A stretch of 64,000 bases of DNA. It comes from a virus. Where the stretch lies: positions 32,324 through 96,323 of IMG/VR virus record IMGVR_UViG_3300039190_000120; one strand, 5' to 3'. The position numbers and the translations under genes are program-made. Below, one piece after another: positions 1 to 9,828 of the stretch; the stretch's first letter is position 1, and the number at the start of each line of letters is the position of its first letter. The notes under the pieces are model-generated. The model saw only the letters and a list, made by a program, of their open reading frames with translations, had not been told where the DNA came from and made no database searches.

Positions 1-967
1 TAACGTCCATGTAGAACTCGTACCCGATGATCTCAGATACCTGATTGGCGACGTTGAGCTTCGTCTCAAACTCGGATGCTAAGACCTCAGCACCCATGTT
101 GCCATAATTCAGCGAGAAGGGAGATACCTTGGAGAGGTCGAGGTCCCCCTGCTTGAACGGCTTGTGGAACTTAGGGTCGTAGCTTGCCGCCTTACCTTTC
201 TTACCTTTCTGGAACTTCGAGCGGTCAACCACATGATCTAGAAGGTCGCCCTGCAATACGTCTCCTTTAGGGCCGAACATACGTAGAGAGTTGGAGATGC
301 GGCCCCATCTAGCAGTCCAGTAGGCCATCAATCGAAGCCGCTCCGTCTGAGTAGGCTCCGACCGGTGGTTACGGTTGCCGAAGTTCATGTTACGCACGTT
401 CATCGAGTTACCGTGCACCTGCTGGCTCAGGTTGTAGATGATCGAGAAGGGGTTCTTGCCTGTGAAGAAGTTGCCCTCCAGATTGAAACGTGCCTGTTGA
501 TCCGCCCTTGCCGCCAGTACAGACGGGTTGAGGTTGACCTGCTGAATGTTCCACCAGTATAGAATGTCGGAGCAGGCAAGAGAGACCGTTTGTTCACCGG
601 CGCTATAGTTCTCGTCTACCGATGTGACGATACCCCAGAAGACCGGATAGAACATCGGGGTACCACCCACGGTGAACTGCCCCTTCATGTAGATCTGGAC
701 CTCCATCATCGTGGTAAGGGTCAGGTGCCCTCCCACGTAAATGTCGTCAAGATAGTGCTGCGGCACATGGAGGTCGAGAGATGCGGAGCCCGGAGCGCCA
801 GATACAGAGAGGTTGACGCTGACGCTGTTGATTAGGGGCTGCAAGGGGATCTTGCGGTAGGGATTATCCCCACTCGGCAGGCTCTGCTCTCCGTTGATAA
901 AGACCAGACAGTCGGGGGCCGAAGTGATCACGCTTCGGCGGTTAGCTTTGAAGGTACCCTGATACAT
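1..967 (-). CDS. Baseplate hub / tail-associated structural protein, N-terminal part (runs off the window)
   Basis: Not in ORF track; I translated an open frame from ATG at 967 (MYQGTFKANRRSVITSAPDCLVFING...FYPVFWGIVTSVDENYSAGEQTVSLACSDILYWW...ETKLNVANQVSEIIGYEFYMDV). Beta-rich hub-like pattern, downstream of tape measure. Confidence 0.6.
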   Translation of the reverse strand, partial: MYQGTFKANRRSVITSAPDCLVFINGEQSLPSGDNPYRKIPLQPLINSVSVNLSVSGAPGSASLDLHVPQHYLDDIYVGGHLTLTTMMEVQIYMKGQFTVGGTPMFYPVFWGIVTSVDENYSAGEQTVSLACSDILYWWNIQQVNLNPSVLAARADQQARFNLEGNFFTGKNPFSIIYNLSQQVHGNSMNVRNMNFGNRNHRSEPTQTERLRLMAYWTARWGRISNSLRMFGPKGDVLQGDLLDHVVDRSKFQKGKKGKAASYDPKFHKPFKQGDLDLSKVSPFSLNYGNMGAEVLASEFETKLNVANQVSEIIGYEFYMDV

Positions 968-1016
968 TCGCACTCCAGTGGTCCAATGAACTCACTAGAG
1001 TGGTTTTATCGAAGGA

Positions 1017-1352
1017 TTATGAGAGGTCCAAGTGACCCATCTCTAGCATACGGTTCCACGACGTGAACCAGCTCTGGATATTCTCACGGCCACCACCGCT
1101 ATTCGCCGTGTGGATATTGATGCCCACCTCACGAAGGTCCCAGCCTTCTGAGATAGCCAGCTCGACGAACCACTTGGCTGCATCTTTACCCTCCGGGACG
1201 TCTTCCCCCAGATCGTGGTCAAAGGACACATAGGAGGGACAACCACGCTCTTCCACGGTCTGGACGAACTCGTCATAGCTGCGGACCACCACCCAATCCC
1301 GGTCCGTCTTCGGGTCCCGCTCGTCATCTAAGTACAGGGAATAGGTCATCAT
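1017..1352 (-). CDS. Cyclic-phosphate-processing receiver domain protein
   Basis: LYLDDER, VVRSYDEF, SFDHDLG and IHTAN motifs typical of this stand-alone receiver family. Confidence 0.75.
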   Translation of the reverse strand: MMTYSLYLDDERDPKTDRDWVVVRSYDEFVQTVEERGCPSYVSFDHDLGEDVPEGKDAAKWFVELAISEGWDLREVGINIHTANSGGGRENIQSWFTSWNRMLEMGHLDLS

Positions 1353-1810
1353 ATTCTCAGAAAGTCACTGGTAAGTATTTCCGCAGCCTCGTCTCTCCGC
1401 GCTCTAAAACCCTCCATGCACCGCTCGTAGATCGTGGAGTGGTACCTCTTTGCTACGCGCTTCAAGAACTTCTTTGTAGCATAGAGGTCGTCTACCTCCA
1501 AGGGTCCAGACACGCGCCCTAGAATATCCCCGTAAGAGGCTCCACATTTTCTATTGTGGTATCGGAACTCTCTTCGTATCTTATAACCGCCACCAGAGTA
1601 GGGTGTAATACGTAGCTTGGCGTTAGCCCCCACAAGTAGTCCCTTAGCCTCAGAGCCTAGATAGCTTATGACTGCCGCCATCAAGTCCGTCTGGATAATC
1701 CAGTCATCATATCGGAAGTGTCCTCGTTCCTCGTTCGGCTTTGAAGAGGGCTTCGCACACACTATGAGATCACCCGGATGGTATTTAGAGGGTCGGTGTA
1801 GTAGGGGCAT
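1349..1810 (-). CDS. MPLLH-family paralog 5 (unknown function)
   Basis: Starts MPLLHRPSKYHPGDLIV; C-terminal LGRVSGPLEVDDLYATKKFLKRVAKRY; TAATG overlap with upstream gene. Confidence 0.8.
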   Translation of the reverse strand: MPLLHRPSKYHPGDLIVCAKPSSKPNEERGHFRYDDWIIQTDLMAAVISYLGSEAKGLLVGANAKLRITPYSGGGYKIRREFRYHNRKCGASYGDILGRVSGPLEVDDLYATKKFLKRVAKRYHSTIYERCMEGFRARRDEAAEILTSDFLRI

Positions 1811-2253
1811 TAGCGTACGTGGCTCCAAGTATATTGGCTTTTCTTGAACATGCTAAAGCACTGCTCGTAAATGGCGGTATGGTACTTCTTGACCACGCGC
1901 TTTAAGAACTTTAGGGCAACATACGGGTCCTCCCAATCCAAGTGACCCCGGACTACACCTAGCGGGTGCCCATTAATAAGGTAGGCCGTCTCCTCTAGTG
2001 AATGGTAAGTATTAACCAACCGGAAGCCTCCACCCATATAAGGGGTGATAGTGATCCCAGCATGGCCTTTAGAAACCAACCCATACTTCCCCTGCTTCCG
2101 ATGGACCTTGGACAGGGATATTTTCGTCTGAATATCCCACTCCTCGTAGATAATATCACGCACAGAACCATCTCCGGGACGGGAGCAGGGGTCGGAGCAA
2201 ACAAGTAGATCCCCGGCTCGAAGAGTTCTATCTGGCATATGGAGTAGTGGCAT
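1810..2253 (-). CDS. MPLLH-family paralog 4
   Basis: MPLLHMPDRTLRAGDLLV...LGVVRGHLDWEDPYVALKFLKRVVKKY. Confidence 0.8.
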   Translation of the reverse strand: MPLLHMPDRTLRAGDLLVCSDPCSRPGDGSVRDIIYEEWDIQTKISLSKVHRKQGKYGLVSKGHAGITITPYMGGGFRLVNTYHSLEETAYLINGHPLGVVRGHLDWEDPYVALKFLKRVVKKYHTAIYEQCFSMFKKSQYTWSHVR

Positions 2254-2666
2254 TACAGGTCCTTTCGCACACGGAGCCATTCGTCCACTGCCAGCTCATG
2301 GAGGTAGCTGGAGTATCGTTTTGCAACCCGCTTCAGGTACTTGTATACAACGTAGGAGTCCCGGCAGTCAAGAGAACCGGACACACGGCCTAGCAGTAAG
2401 TCAGAGGTCCTGATCACCTGACTTTGCACGTCCCATCGACCCCTCTCTGTCAGCCGGTATCCACCCTTACCATAAGGGATCACGGTGATAGAGCCTAGAA
2501 GGTCCATTTGAAAATGATTATCAACCCCCGCATGACGGTAGGTACCTAGAGCCAGACGAACTTCCGGCTCAGCTTGGTGTGCGAATAGATACCGATCAGC
2601 TTCGGCTTCAGCGAACAGCACGAGATCTCCCGGCTGGTACCTCTTAGTCTTGTGGAGTAGTGGCAT
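2253..2666 (-). CDS. MPLLH-family paralog 3
   Basis: MPLLHKTKRYQPGDLVL...LGRVSGSLDCRDSYVVYKYLKRVAKRY. Confidence 0.8.
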   Translation of the reverse strand: MPLLHKTKRYQPGDLVLFAEAEADRYLFAHQAEPEVRLALGTYRHAGVDNHFQMDLLGSITVIPYGKGGYRLTERGRWDVQSQVIRTSDLLLGRVSGSLDCRDSYVVYKYLKRVAKRYSSYLHELAVDEWLRVRKDL

Positions 2667-2667
2667 G

Positions 2668-3084
2668 TTATCCCTCGATCTGCGTTGCAGCATACCACAC
2701 TTGGAAACAGGAGTCGTAGATAGCTGCGTGGTATCTCTTAGCCACCCTACGGAGGTACTTTTCCATCGCATACGTGTCGGAGCAGTCAATCGTTCCTGAC
2801 ACACGGCCTAACAAGTCGGAGAACTCACCCCAGATTAGTGCCCTACCACCGCATGGATGCCGGTTAAGGAAACGGTAGCCTCCTGAGAGATAGGGAGTGA
2901 TTGCGATACACGCCTGCCGGTAATGGAAAATACCCCCCATAGCAATCTCTTTGTGACGAGCCAAAACTAGAGTGGTCTCCGGCTCAGGCTCCATACCTAC
3001 CTCAACATATACATGGGCCTGAGGCTCTGCTAAGACTATGAGATCACCCTTGTGGAGCTTCTCCGCTTTGTGAAGCAATGGCAT
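2668..3084 (-). CDS. MPLLH-family paralog 2
   Basis: MPLLHKAEKLHKGDLIV...LGRVSGTIDCSDTYAMEKYLRRVAKRY. Confidence 0.8.
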   Translation of the reverse strand: MPLLHKAEKLHKGDLIVLAEPQAHVYVEVGMEPEPETTLVLARHKEIAMGGIFHYRQACIAITPYLSGGYRFLNRHPCGGRALIWGEFSDLLGRVSGTIDCSDTYAMEKYLRRVAKRYHAAIYDSCFQVWYAATQIEG

Positions 3085-3590
3085 TAGTAGCCCGGCTCTT
3101 CAAAAGGGGTGTAGTGGTAGACGTAATGAAGCTCTTCTTTGAAGAAGTCACGGTACCGCTTCGCCACGTTGCGGAGATAGGCACGACAAGCATACGGATC
3201 TTGTGTGTCCAGCTTGCCCGCTACCGCTCCCATGACGGCATCAGATACTACCACGTCACCGAACATTTGTCGAGCCCTTCCCGAATAGTGATCAAAATAC
3301 CGGCACACATAAGAGGAGGGGGTGATCTCCACATCTGCGATAATATTGACCGTGATAAGTTCCTGCTCCATCCACTGAATATCACGCATACCCTCTGGAG
3401 GTTGTAGCACGCGGGTAGACTGGTATTCAGCGACGGTGAGGGTGCCTACAGGAGTGACCTCGCTCCGTAAAAGAGAGGCCCACTCTCCAAAGACATTGGG
3501 CTCGTATGCTTCATCTTCCTCGAAGTCGGTGTAGTAGTAGACAATGAGGTCGCCCTCATAGTACCGATCACTCGGGTGAATCAAGGGCAT
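3084..3590 (-). CDS. MPLLH-family paralog 1
   Basis: MPLIHPSDRYYEGDLIV...MGAVAGKLDTQDPYACRAYLRNVAKRY. Confidence 0.8.
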   Translation of the reverse strand: MPLIHPSDRYYEGDLIVYYYTDFEEDEAYEPNVFGEWASLLRSEVTPVGTLTVAEYQSTRVLQPPEGMRDIQWMEQELITVNIIADVEITPSSYVCRYFDHYSGRARQMFGDVVVSDAVMGAVAGKLDTQDPYACRAYLRNVAKRYRDFFKEELHYVYHYTPFEEPGY

Positions 3591-4777
3591 TAAGACCTCT
3601 CAAGTCGCTGCTCATATCGAACAGTGAAGGACCAGTTATAGTCAAAGGTGAAGGGACTACTCTCAGAATGCGTGAGGGAGAAGGAATCGAAGGAGCCCGT
3701 GTAGATCGTGCCATCATAGAAGATGGACACAGCGCCCACAAGGGAGATCCGGTGATCCGTGTTGTAGATGTAGCCGTTACTCCGGTAGACCTGATACAGA
3801 GAGAGGAACTGCTGGTAAGCATAGGAGCCTTTCCTAGAGCCCACAGCAAGGCCGCCAGCCGGATTCCCCAAGCTATCCTTTCTGTTGATATAGAAGACGC
3901 CCACCTTACCACTAGCGTTGATCTTAGGCTGTTGCTCGCCCCAGAACTCAACGGTGAAGCCATCCCTCGTGTGGTTGGCATCGCTCACGATAAACTCGTA
4001 GCTCTTCGAGAACGTCTCCGGGTTCACGTACATGAAGAGCGGGGGGAGCTGTGACATATAGAGCGCCTGCTCACGCAAGAAGTCCAAATCATCCTGTACC
4101 CGTGAGCGTCGAGCCCTCTGAATGTCATTATTCTCGCTGAAAGGGTCTTCCAGCGCTCTTCGAGCTTTGCCCGTAATCGGGGTATTCATCTCGGAGAGAC
4201 GAGAGCCTGCTTCTCTAGAAGAGTTCTGGAACTGCTCATAGCGGTTACGCATCTCCGTCAGGTAGTAATTACGGGCATCCTCTTGGCGCTGGTGCTTAAT
4301 CAAAGCCTCTCCACCATCCAAGAACCGGGGGTCGTCTGCATCCAGACCGTCGTCATTGTAAGCCGGGACCTCTACCTCCATCGTCGTAGAGGGAGACGTG
4401 GCAACTACTTGATCTACAGTAGTCGTAGAAGCCCCCTTGGCATCCTCGGTGGAGAACCTCTCAGACATACCAGAGAGACGGACATTGGCGGTCTGAGGAG
4501 AGGGTATCCTCTTGGTGGTCGTGTTGCCGGTGGGGAAGTTTCGGGGAGGCACGATAGAGATCATCATAGGAATCAGAGGACGCTTAGCGTGCCCCACTGA
4601 CTGTACCGGACTAGGGAAGGCGTTGAAGTCGTAACCATGCCCCGTCACCAGACCGGAGTAGTATTCCACGACGGAATTCGCCTTCTCGAAGCCTCGCTGA
4701 AGCTGTGGCTCTTGGTCCGGGTTGTACGTGTTACCGGTAAGGGCCTCTAGGATTTCTTCGGTGGTAGCCACAATCAA
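3590..4777 (-). CDS. Baseplate / tail-tube-initiator-like structural protein
   Basis: C-terminal domain (YVNPETFSKSY...VEFWGEQ...YDGTIYTGSFDSFSLTHSESSPFTFDY) is paralogous to the 4786-5337 protein; position after tape measure. Confidence 0.55.
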   Translation of the reverse strand: MIVATTEEILEALTGNTYNPDQEPQLQRGFEKANSVVEYYSGLVTGHGYDFNAFPSPVQSVGHAKRPLIPMMISIVPPRNFPTGNTTTKRIPSPQTANVRLSGMSERFSTEDAKGASTTTVDQVVATSPSTTMEVEVPAYNDDGLDADDPRFLDGGEALIKHQRQEDARNYYLTEMRNRYEQFQNSSREAGSRLSEMNTPITGKARRALEDPFSENNDIQRARRSRVQDDLDFLREQALYMSQLPPLFMYVNPETFSKSYEFIVSDANHTRDGFTVEFWGEQQPKINASGKVGVFYINRKDSLGNPAGGLAVGSRKGSYAYQQFLSLYQVYRSNGYIYNTDHRISLVGAVSIFYDGTIYTGSFDSFSLTHSESSPFTFDYNWSFTVRYEQRLERS

Positions 4778-4785
4778 GGCTCCTA

Positions 4786-5337
4786 TTAAGTGATCAGGTT
4801 GACAACCTCTTCCTCTGCCCGGAAAGCGAAGTCCCCGGAGAGCATGAAGGGTTGGGAGGACGACTCACTGACATTGAAGCTGCGGAATGAGCCGTCGTAA
4901 ATGCCGCCCTCGAAGATCATTCGGATGCGGCCACGGTACTGCACATTGCCTTGGGTGTCGTAAATGAGACCGTTGTTATGGAAGAGATCGAGGAGGTGGT
5001 GGAACTTCTCGTAGGCGATCGTCTCTCGGCGGTTCTGTACCGCGAGCCCCGTGTCCACGTTGATGAAGGCACCGGACACGATTTCGGCACTTACGTCCAC
5101 GAGCTGATCCCCGAAGTGTTGTTCATGCCAACCGCCCCTCGTCTGGATACGCTCAACCACCTTTGAGTAGTTGAGGCTCAGGGAGGTGGGGTTGATATGA
5201 AGGTACAGCGCCTCTGGAAGCAGAAGGCTCTCGTAGTCAATAGAGAGCACCTGAAACAGGAGGGGGATCTTATCTCCTCCGTCAGTGGGGCCTCCGAAAG
5301 CACTCGGGATCGAGGCGTTAGAATATCCTGTTGGCAT
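4786..5337 (-). CDS. Baseplate / tail-tube-initiator-like protein
   Basis: LHINPTSLSLNYSK...TRGGWHEQHFGD...YDGSFRSFNVSESSSQPF; immediately downstream of tape measure. Confidence 0.6.
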   Translation of the reverse strand: MPTGYSNASIPSAFGGPTDGGDKIPLLFQVLSIDYESLLLPEALYLHINPTSLSLNYSKVVERIQTRGGWHEQHFGDQLVDVSAEIVSGAFINVDTGLAVQNRRETIAYEKFHHLLDLFHNNGLIYDTQGNVQYRGRIRMIFEGGIYDGSFRSFNVSESSSQPFMLSGDFAFRAEEEVVNLIT

Positions 5338-5348
5338 GACTTACCTCC

Positions 5349-8300
5349 TTATGACATACTGCGGGCTCGTTCCCATTCCTCAAGTACCTTGAGGATGGTC
5401 CGGCGGATCTCACTCTGGTTCCCGCCGTTGATGAAGAAGTTGGCGTGCATCGTGTTTCCACCACCCCCACCACCGCCACTCGAACCACCGGATGCTCCAG
5501 CCTTTTTGAGAAGCTCGGGTACGAACTGACCCTTAGAACCGGCCACCGTATTAGCGAGGGATTCTTGATCAACCACAATGTCGCCCGGCTGTAGGCTCAG
5601 GAAGGGGATACCCTTCGTCATAATACGAGCATCACCGGCTTCTTTGGGCTTAGCAGGCCTGATCCCGTAAGAGTCCACAATATCCTTCGCAAGAGGATTG
5701 TTCTCGAACATCTTGATGGCATCTTTATTGCCTGCCTGATATTCGTTAACCAAGTGCGCTGCCTCATCCCTAGAGACCTCGAAATCTGCTGCCAAGTCTG
5801 ATACAGCTTGTTTGTAGGTCTGGGCTTTAATCTGCCGGTCAACCAGCTTCTTAATCGCCTTGTCAGAAAGCATGATACCTTTTTCTTCCAGCACTGCCTT
5901 CGTTTCCTTTTGTATCGTCTCAGAGTCCTCTGCAAAAACATTGCCCTCGTCCAGCTTCTTTTTCATCACCTCGTCCAGCTCGTCACGAGCCTGAGACAGC
6001 ATGATGGCCTCGTCTAGAAGTTTTTTGAGGTCCTCCCCCTCGTAGGTCTTACCGTCTCTGATAACCTTCGTTAGCTTTCCATAGTTTTTATCTTTTCGTC
6101 CACGGAAGTTGTCTACCCATTCATCCCCATACTTGAACCTCTTAGTTCCGTCAGCGAGGCTTTGGTCAAGCAATGCCTTCCCGGATGCAGCGTGTTTGTC
6201 ATACTCTTCCCGTGATTTGATTCCAGTACGGGCAGAGCGTCCAGCATCCTCAATCCCCATCCCGGAATCTAGCAGGCGGCGCTCTGCTGCGTTCTGACGG
6301 AGAGAGCCCTCCAGCTCTGCTATCCGCTCACGAGCAGCGGTGGCACTATCTTCATCGCCATCCTCCTGAGCCAGTTTTAGAGTCTCTCTCGCAGAACGGA
6401 GGCCTCGTCGAGTTTCGGCATCCTCCTTCATCAGGTTGACCCGGCGCTCCTTCTCGGGACCTTGCCCCCCAAAGAAGTCGACGATAGCGCTGTAAATGTC
6501 CAACACTACCTCGTAGATCCCGGATACTAGATCCATCATCTTGTACTTGAGGGTGTCCAGCATGGACCTCTGCATATCAGCCTGCTTTTCAGCCAGAGTC
6601 TTCTGGTTCTTCTGCTCTTCCAGCATCTCCTCCTGTTTATCCTTCGTCATGTACTCCATCAAGTCGGACCAGTTCATGTTCTGTAGTTCAGCGGCCTCTA
6701 CAGAATAGCCCATCTTCTCAGCCATCTCTTGGAAGGACTCAGGATCTTCTGCGGCGGCCTGACGGAGAAGCTCAAGATCACCGGACATAGAGGACTTGAG
6801 GCTCTTGAGCATACGAAGCTGGTCCTCACTGTATCCCTGTGACTCGGCAAGAACAGAGTTGATGTTCTCCAGCGGCATCCCCAGCTTCCCTGTGAGGTCT
6901 CCAATCTGGAGTGCAATCTGATCTCCCAGAGCGAAGTCTCCCATGATACCCTGAAGCTCCAGCTCATTGTTCTTGTCGGCCTCTAAGATACGGCGGTACT
7001 TGTCAAACTTCTCGCCGGTCTTGTTGTCGAGGCGGTTGAGTGTGGCGTCAAGCATGTTCTTTTGCTTGGCCGTCATCTTTTCCATCGCACCCTCAAAGCC
7101 GAACTTATCAAAGAGCTTCTCAGCACCTCCACCCATCTTCTCAAAGGCTTTCTGAATCACCTGAGGATCGAGGGACTTCTCCACCGACTTCTGGGCCTTT
7201 TCAGCCATCTTAGCTACTTTGCTAATGCCGTTAACCGCGATCATCGAGACACGCTCGACGGCAGACATATTTTTGATTGCTGTGGATAGCGTCTGGACAA
7301 AATCTTCGGCACTCTTGGCGTCCATGATATTGGTGAGCTTGCTGAAGAGGGCCGCCGTCTCTTGGATCTTGTAGTTGTAGAGGCCCATCTCACCTACCAC
7401 ATTCTGGACGGTGGAGTAGAACTTCTTGGTACTCACACCGGCCTCTTGTGCAAATGAGATCACCTGAGTCATGGTATCCATCGCCTCGTCAAACGACTGC
7501 TGTGTTACATCACCCAAGGTACCAATCAGCTCGGCAGCCTCGGTGGCATCCACACCAAGTGCTAGCGCTCGGGTCTGAACCTCCATCAGCATTTCCTTTG
7601 AGCTGACACCTTCATCACGAATATCCCCCATAAGCATACCAGCTTCATGGAGGCCAGTCGTAATACCCGCCATCTCTTCGGGATCTAGACCCATCATCCG
7701 AAGGTCCATATCCGTCATGACGGTATTACGGAACTCACGCATAGCCTCTTCTGAGTCTGCCAGCTTGTCCTCAAAGTTCGTGTAGTTGGTAGAGGCCATC
7801 TCCACGAGCGAGACGTTCTTGAGCATGGACTTGTTGATGTCCTTGACCTTGGCGTCTAGATCTAGGAACAGCTTGACAATGGTGCCAATAGCTCCTGCAG
7901 CGATAGCCAGAGGACCGGCGATCTTGGCAAACTTACCTAGCGCTCCTGCCAGCTTACCTGCGGTGCCCCCAGCACCCCCCTTCATCTGGGCATCAAAGGC
8001 TCGCTTCTGGCCCTGCTCCCCGATGTTTTTAGCCCCGGACCCCAAGGTCTGTGCAAACCCCTTCACATCGCCCGACCGGAGAGCTTGGATAGCGTTCATA
8101 CCGCCGCCCAGAGCATCCCCGCTCAGGTCTGCTAGGGACTTTTTCTCGGTATTGACGAGCTTATCAAACTCCTTCTGGTGCTTCTCAAAGACCTTTCCCG
8201 TCTGGGCCATCTCGAAGGCATAGGCCTTCTTGATCTCTGCGAACCTCTCTTTGGCGGCCTTCTTGGAGTCCTCGTCACCGGCCTGCATCACCTTGGCAAG

Positions 8301-8609
8301 ACCGTCCATCTCCCCTTTCATATCCCGTAGACGCTTCTCTTGGCGGCGCATCTTGCCGGAGCTGAACATACCTCCCCATTCTTTGGATGCACTGGAGATA
8401 GACCCCTCTAGCTCCGTGATGGAGCTGCGCATCCCCATAAACTGATTTTCCAGAGAGGCATTAGACTTCTTACCCTCCGAAGAGAATTCTTGGAAAGTAG
8501 AGAGCGCCCCTTTCAGTGACCTCTCGACATTACCAAACTGCTTCTCGACGGAGGCAGCACCCTGCTGCTCCACCTCGAAAATCAACTTTGTCAGTTCTTG
8601 ATCAGCCAT
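5349..8609 (-). CDS. Tail tape measure protein
   Basis: 1086 aa, helical, Ala/Gly-rich hydrophobic segment (AGPLAIAAGAIGTIVKLF), Gly-rich C-terminus; follows tail tube and two chaperone-like genes. Confidence 0.8.
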   Translation of the reverse strand: MADQELTKLIFEVEQQGAASVEKQFGNVERSLKGALSTFQEFSSEGKKSNASLENQFMGMRSSITELEGSISSASKEWGGMFSSGKMRRQEKRLRDMKGEMDGLAKVMQAGDEDSKKAAKERFAEIKKAYAFEMAQTGKVFEKHQKEFDKLVNTEKKSLADLSGDALGGGMNAIQALRSGDVKGFAQTLGSGAKNIGEQGQKRAFDAQMKGGAGGTAGKLAGALGKFAKIAGPLAIAAGAIGTIVKLFLDLDAKVKDINKSMLKNVSLVEMASTNYTNFEDKLADSEEAMREFRNTVMTDMDLRMMGLDPEEMAGITTGLHEAGMLMGDIRDEGVSSKEMLMEVQTRALALGVDATEAAELIGTLGDVTQQSFDEAMDTMTQVISFAQEAGVSTKKFYSTVQNVVGEMGLYNYKIQETAALFSKLTNIMDAKSAEDFVQTLSTAIKNMSAVERVSMIAVNGISKVAKMAEKAQKSVEKSLDPQVIQKAFEKMGGGAEKLFDKFGFEGAMEKMTAKQKNMLDATLNRLDNKTGEKFDKYRRILEADKNNELELQGIMGDFALGDQIALQIGDLTGKLGMPLENINSVLAESQGYSEDQLRMLKSLKSSMSGDLELLRQAAAEDPESFQEMAEKMGYSVEAAELQNMNWSDLMEYMTKDKQEEMLEEQKNQKTLAEKQADMQRSMLDTLKYKMMDLVSGIYEVVLDIYSAIVDFFGGQGPEKERRVNLMKEDAETRRGLRSARETLKLAQEDGDEDSATAARERIAELEGSLRQNAAERRLLDSGMGIEDAGRSARTGIKSREEYDKHAASGKALLDQSLADGTKRFKYGDEWVDNFRGRKDKNYGKLTKVIRDGKTYEGEDLKKLLDEAIMLSQARDELDEVMKKKLDEGNVFAEDSETIQKETKAVLEEKGIMLSDKAIKKLVDRQIKAQTYKQAVSDLAADFEVSRDEAAHLVNEYQAGNKDAIKMFENNPLAKDIVDSYGIRPAKPKEAGDARIMTKGIPFLSLQPGDIVVDQESLANTVAGSKGQFVPELLKKAGASGGSSGGGGGGGNTMHANFFINGGNQSEIRRTILKVLEEWERARSMS

Positions 8610-8623
8610 ATAGGTACGTTAGG

Positions 8624-9808
8624 TTAGGACTCGTCATCCCACTCAGAGCGTGGGTAGGACGGGCGCATTTGGTTAAGGTCATCGGAGACCCGCTCATAAT
8701 GCTCACGTATGAGTGGATTCTCGGTAGACGGCTCTTCTTCTGGCTGCGTAGGTCGCCTATCAGCGGGGACGTCCTCTTCATCAATGAATCCCCACCGCAA
8801 TAGAGCCGCCTCACGCTCCTCTACAGACGGCTGTTCCTCAGAGTCCCTGAGACGCTTCCTACGCTCGTAGTCCGTCATATCTAGGTAGTCCGCAATCTCG
8901 TCTTCTGAGTATCCCTCACGTACAACACGGGGCTCCTCATGGCCTTTAGAGTCACGGCGCTCGACCGCTTTACGACGGCGCTCCTCCTGCTCATGCTTCT
9001 GTTTGAGGTAGGCATCCCGGACCTTCTTCTGGTGCTGCTCAATGATCCAATCGTGGAAGTCCTTCTCTTCCCGGTTAGCCCTTTCCATCTGGTCAAGAAG
9101 CTCTTCGGCTGTTTCGTTGGTAATGCGGATCTGATTGTTGGTGGTAACGAGGCCCGGATCTCTCCCCTCGTAGAGCGCTTCCCTACGCTTCTCCCGCTGC
9201 TTCATCTGCTTGCGGTCCGACTGGTCCATCTCTTTGATCTGCTTAGGAGCGTGCGGACTGACGCTGAACTTGGCAAGCTGGTACCTCTGGAGGTACTCTT
9301 CCTCTGCGTCCTCCATCGTATTGAAGTAGACCCACAGGCGTTGGTGCATGTTGACACCCATATGCTCCGTACCCTCAAAGCCGGTGCATCTGGGGTCACA
9401 GGGAGAATTACCCTTGAGCATGTACCACGACTGGCGGCTCTGGGGACCATAGGAATACCCCTCTACCATCCTTAGGCACGACGCAGCTCTCCTGTTGATA
9501 TTGTCAGCACAGGTGAGGAGAGCGATCAACACCCGGTCGGGCAGAGACATATAGATCTCTGCTAAGGTGGGTACATGCTTCCTTCTCTCGGGGAGGATGC
9601 TTTCGTGGTTGAAAAAGAGGGTGGAGTACGCCAAGAAAAAAGAGGCCTGACGCTTCCAACCCTCCTCTTCGGAATAGGATTGGAGGTCGATCAGCTCGTA
9701 TTCAGATTGATTCACGGTCTTGAGGACGATAGGCACTCCAGCCACATCGACCTCAGTTGTCAAGAATCCTCGGTACAGGAGTTTCTCAAGGCGGTTATAA
9801 TCGGGCAT
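8624..9808 (-). CDS. Putative tail assembly chaperone
   Basis: IVLKTVNQSEY motif resembles the IDLRTLKQGEH motif of the upstream gene; directly precedes tape measure. Confidence 0.5.
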   Translation of the reverse strand: MPDYNRLEKLLYRGFLTTEVDVAGVPIVLKTVNQSEYELIDLQSYSEEEGWKRQASFFLAYSTLFFNHESILPERRKHVPTLAEIYMSLPDRVLIALLTCADNINRRAASCLRMVEGYSYGPQSRQSWYMLKGNSPCDPRCTGFEGTEHMGVNMHQRLWVYFNTMEDAEEEYLQRYQLAKFSVSPHAPKQIKEMDQSDRKQMKQREKRREALYEGRDPGLVTTNNQIRITNETAEELLDQMERANREEKDFHDWIIEQHQKKVRDAYLKQKHEQEERRRKAVERRDSKGHEEPRVVREGYSEDEIADYLDMTDYERRKRLRDSEEQPSVEEREAALLRWGFIDEEDVPADRRPTQPEEEPSTENPLIREHYERVSDDLNQMRPSYPRSEWDDES

Positions 9809-9828
9809 ATCATTGATCCCCTACCCCC

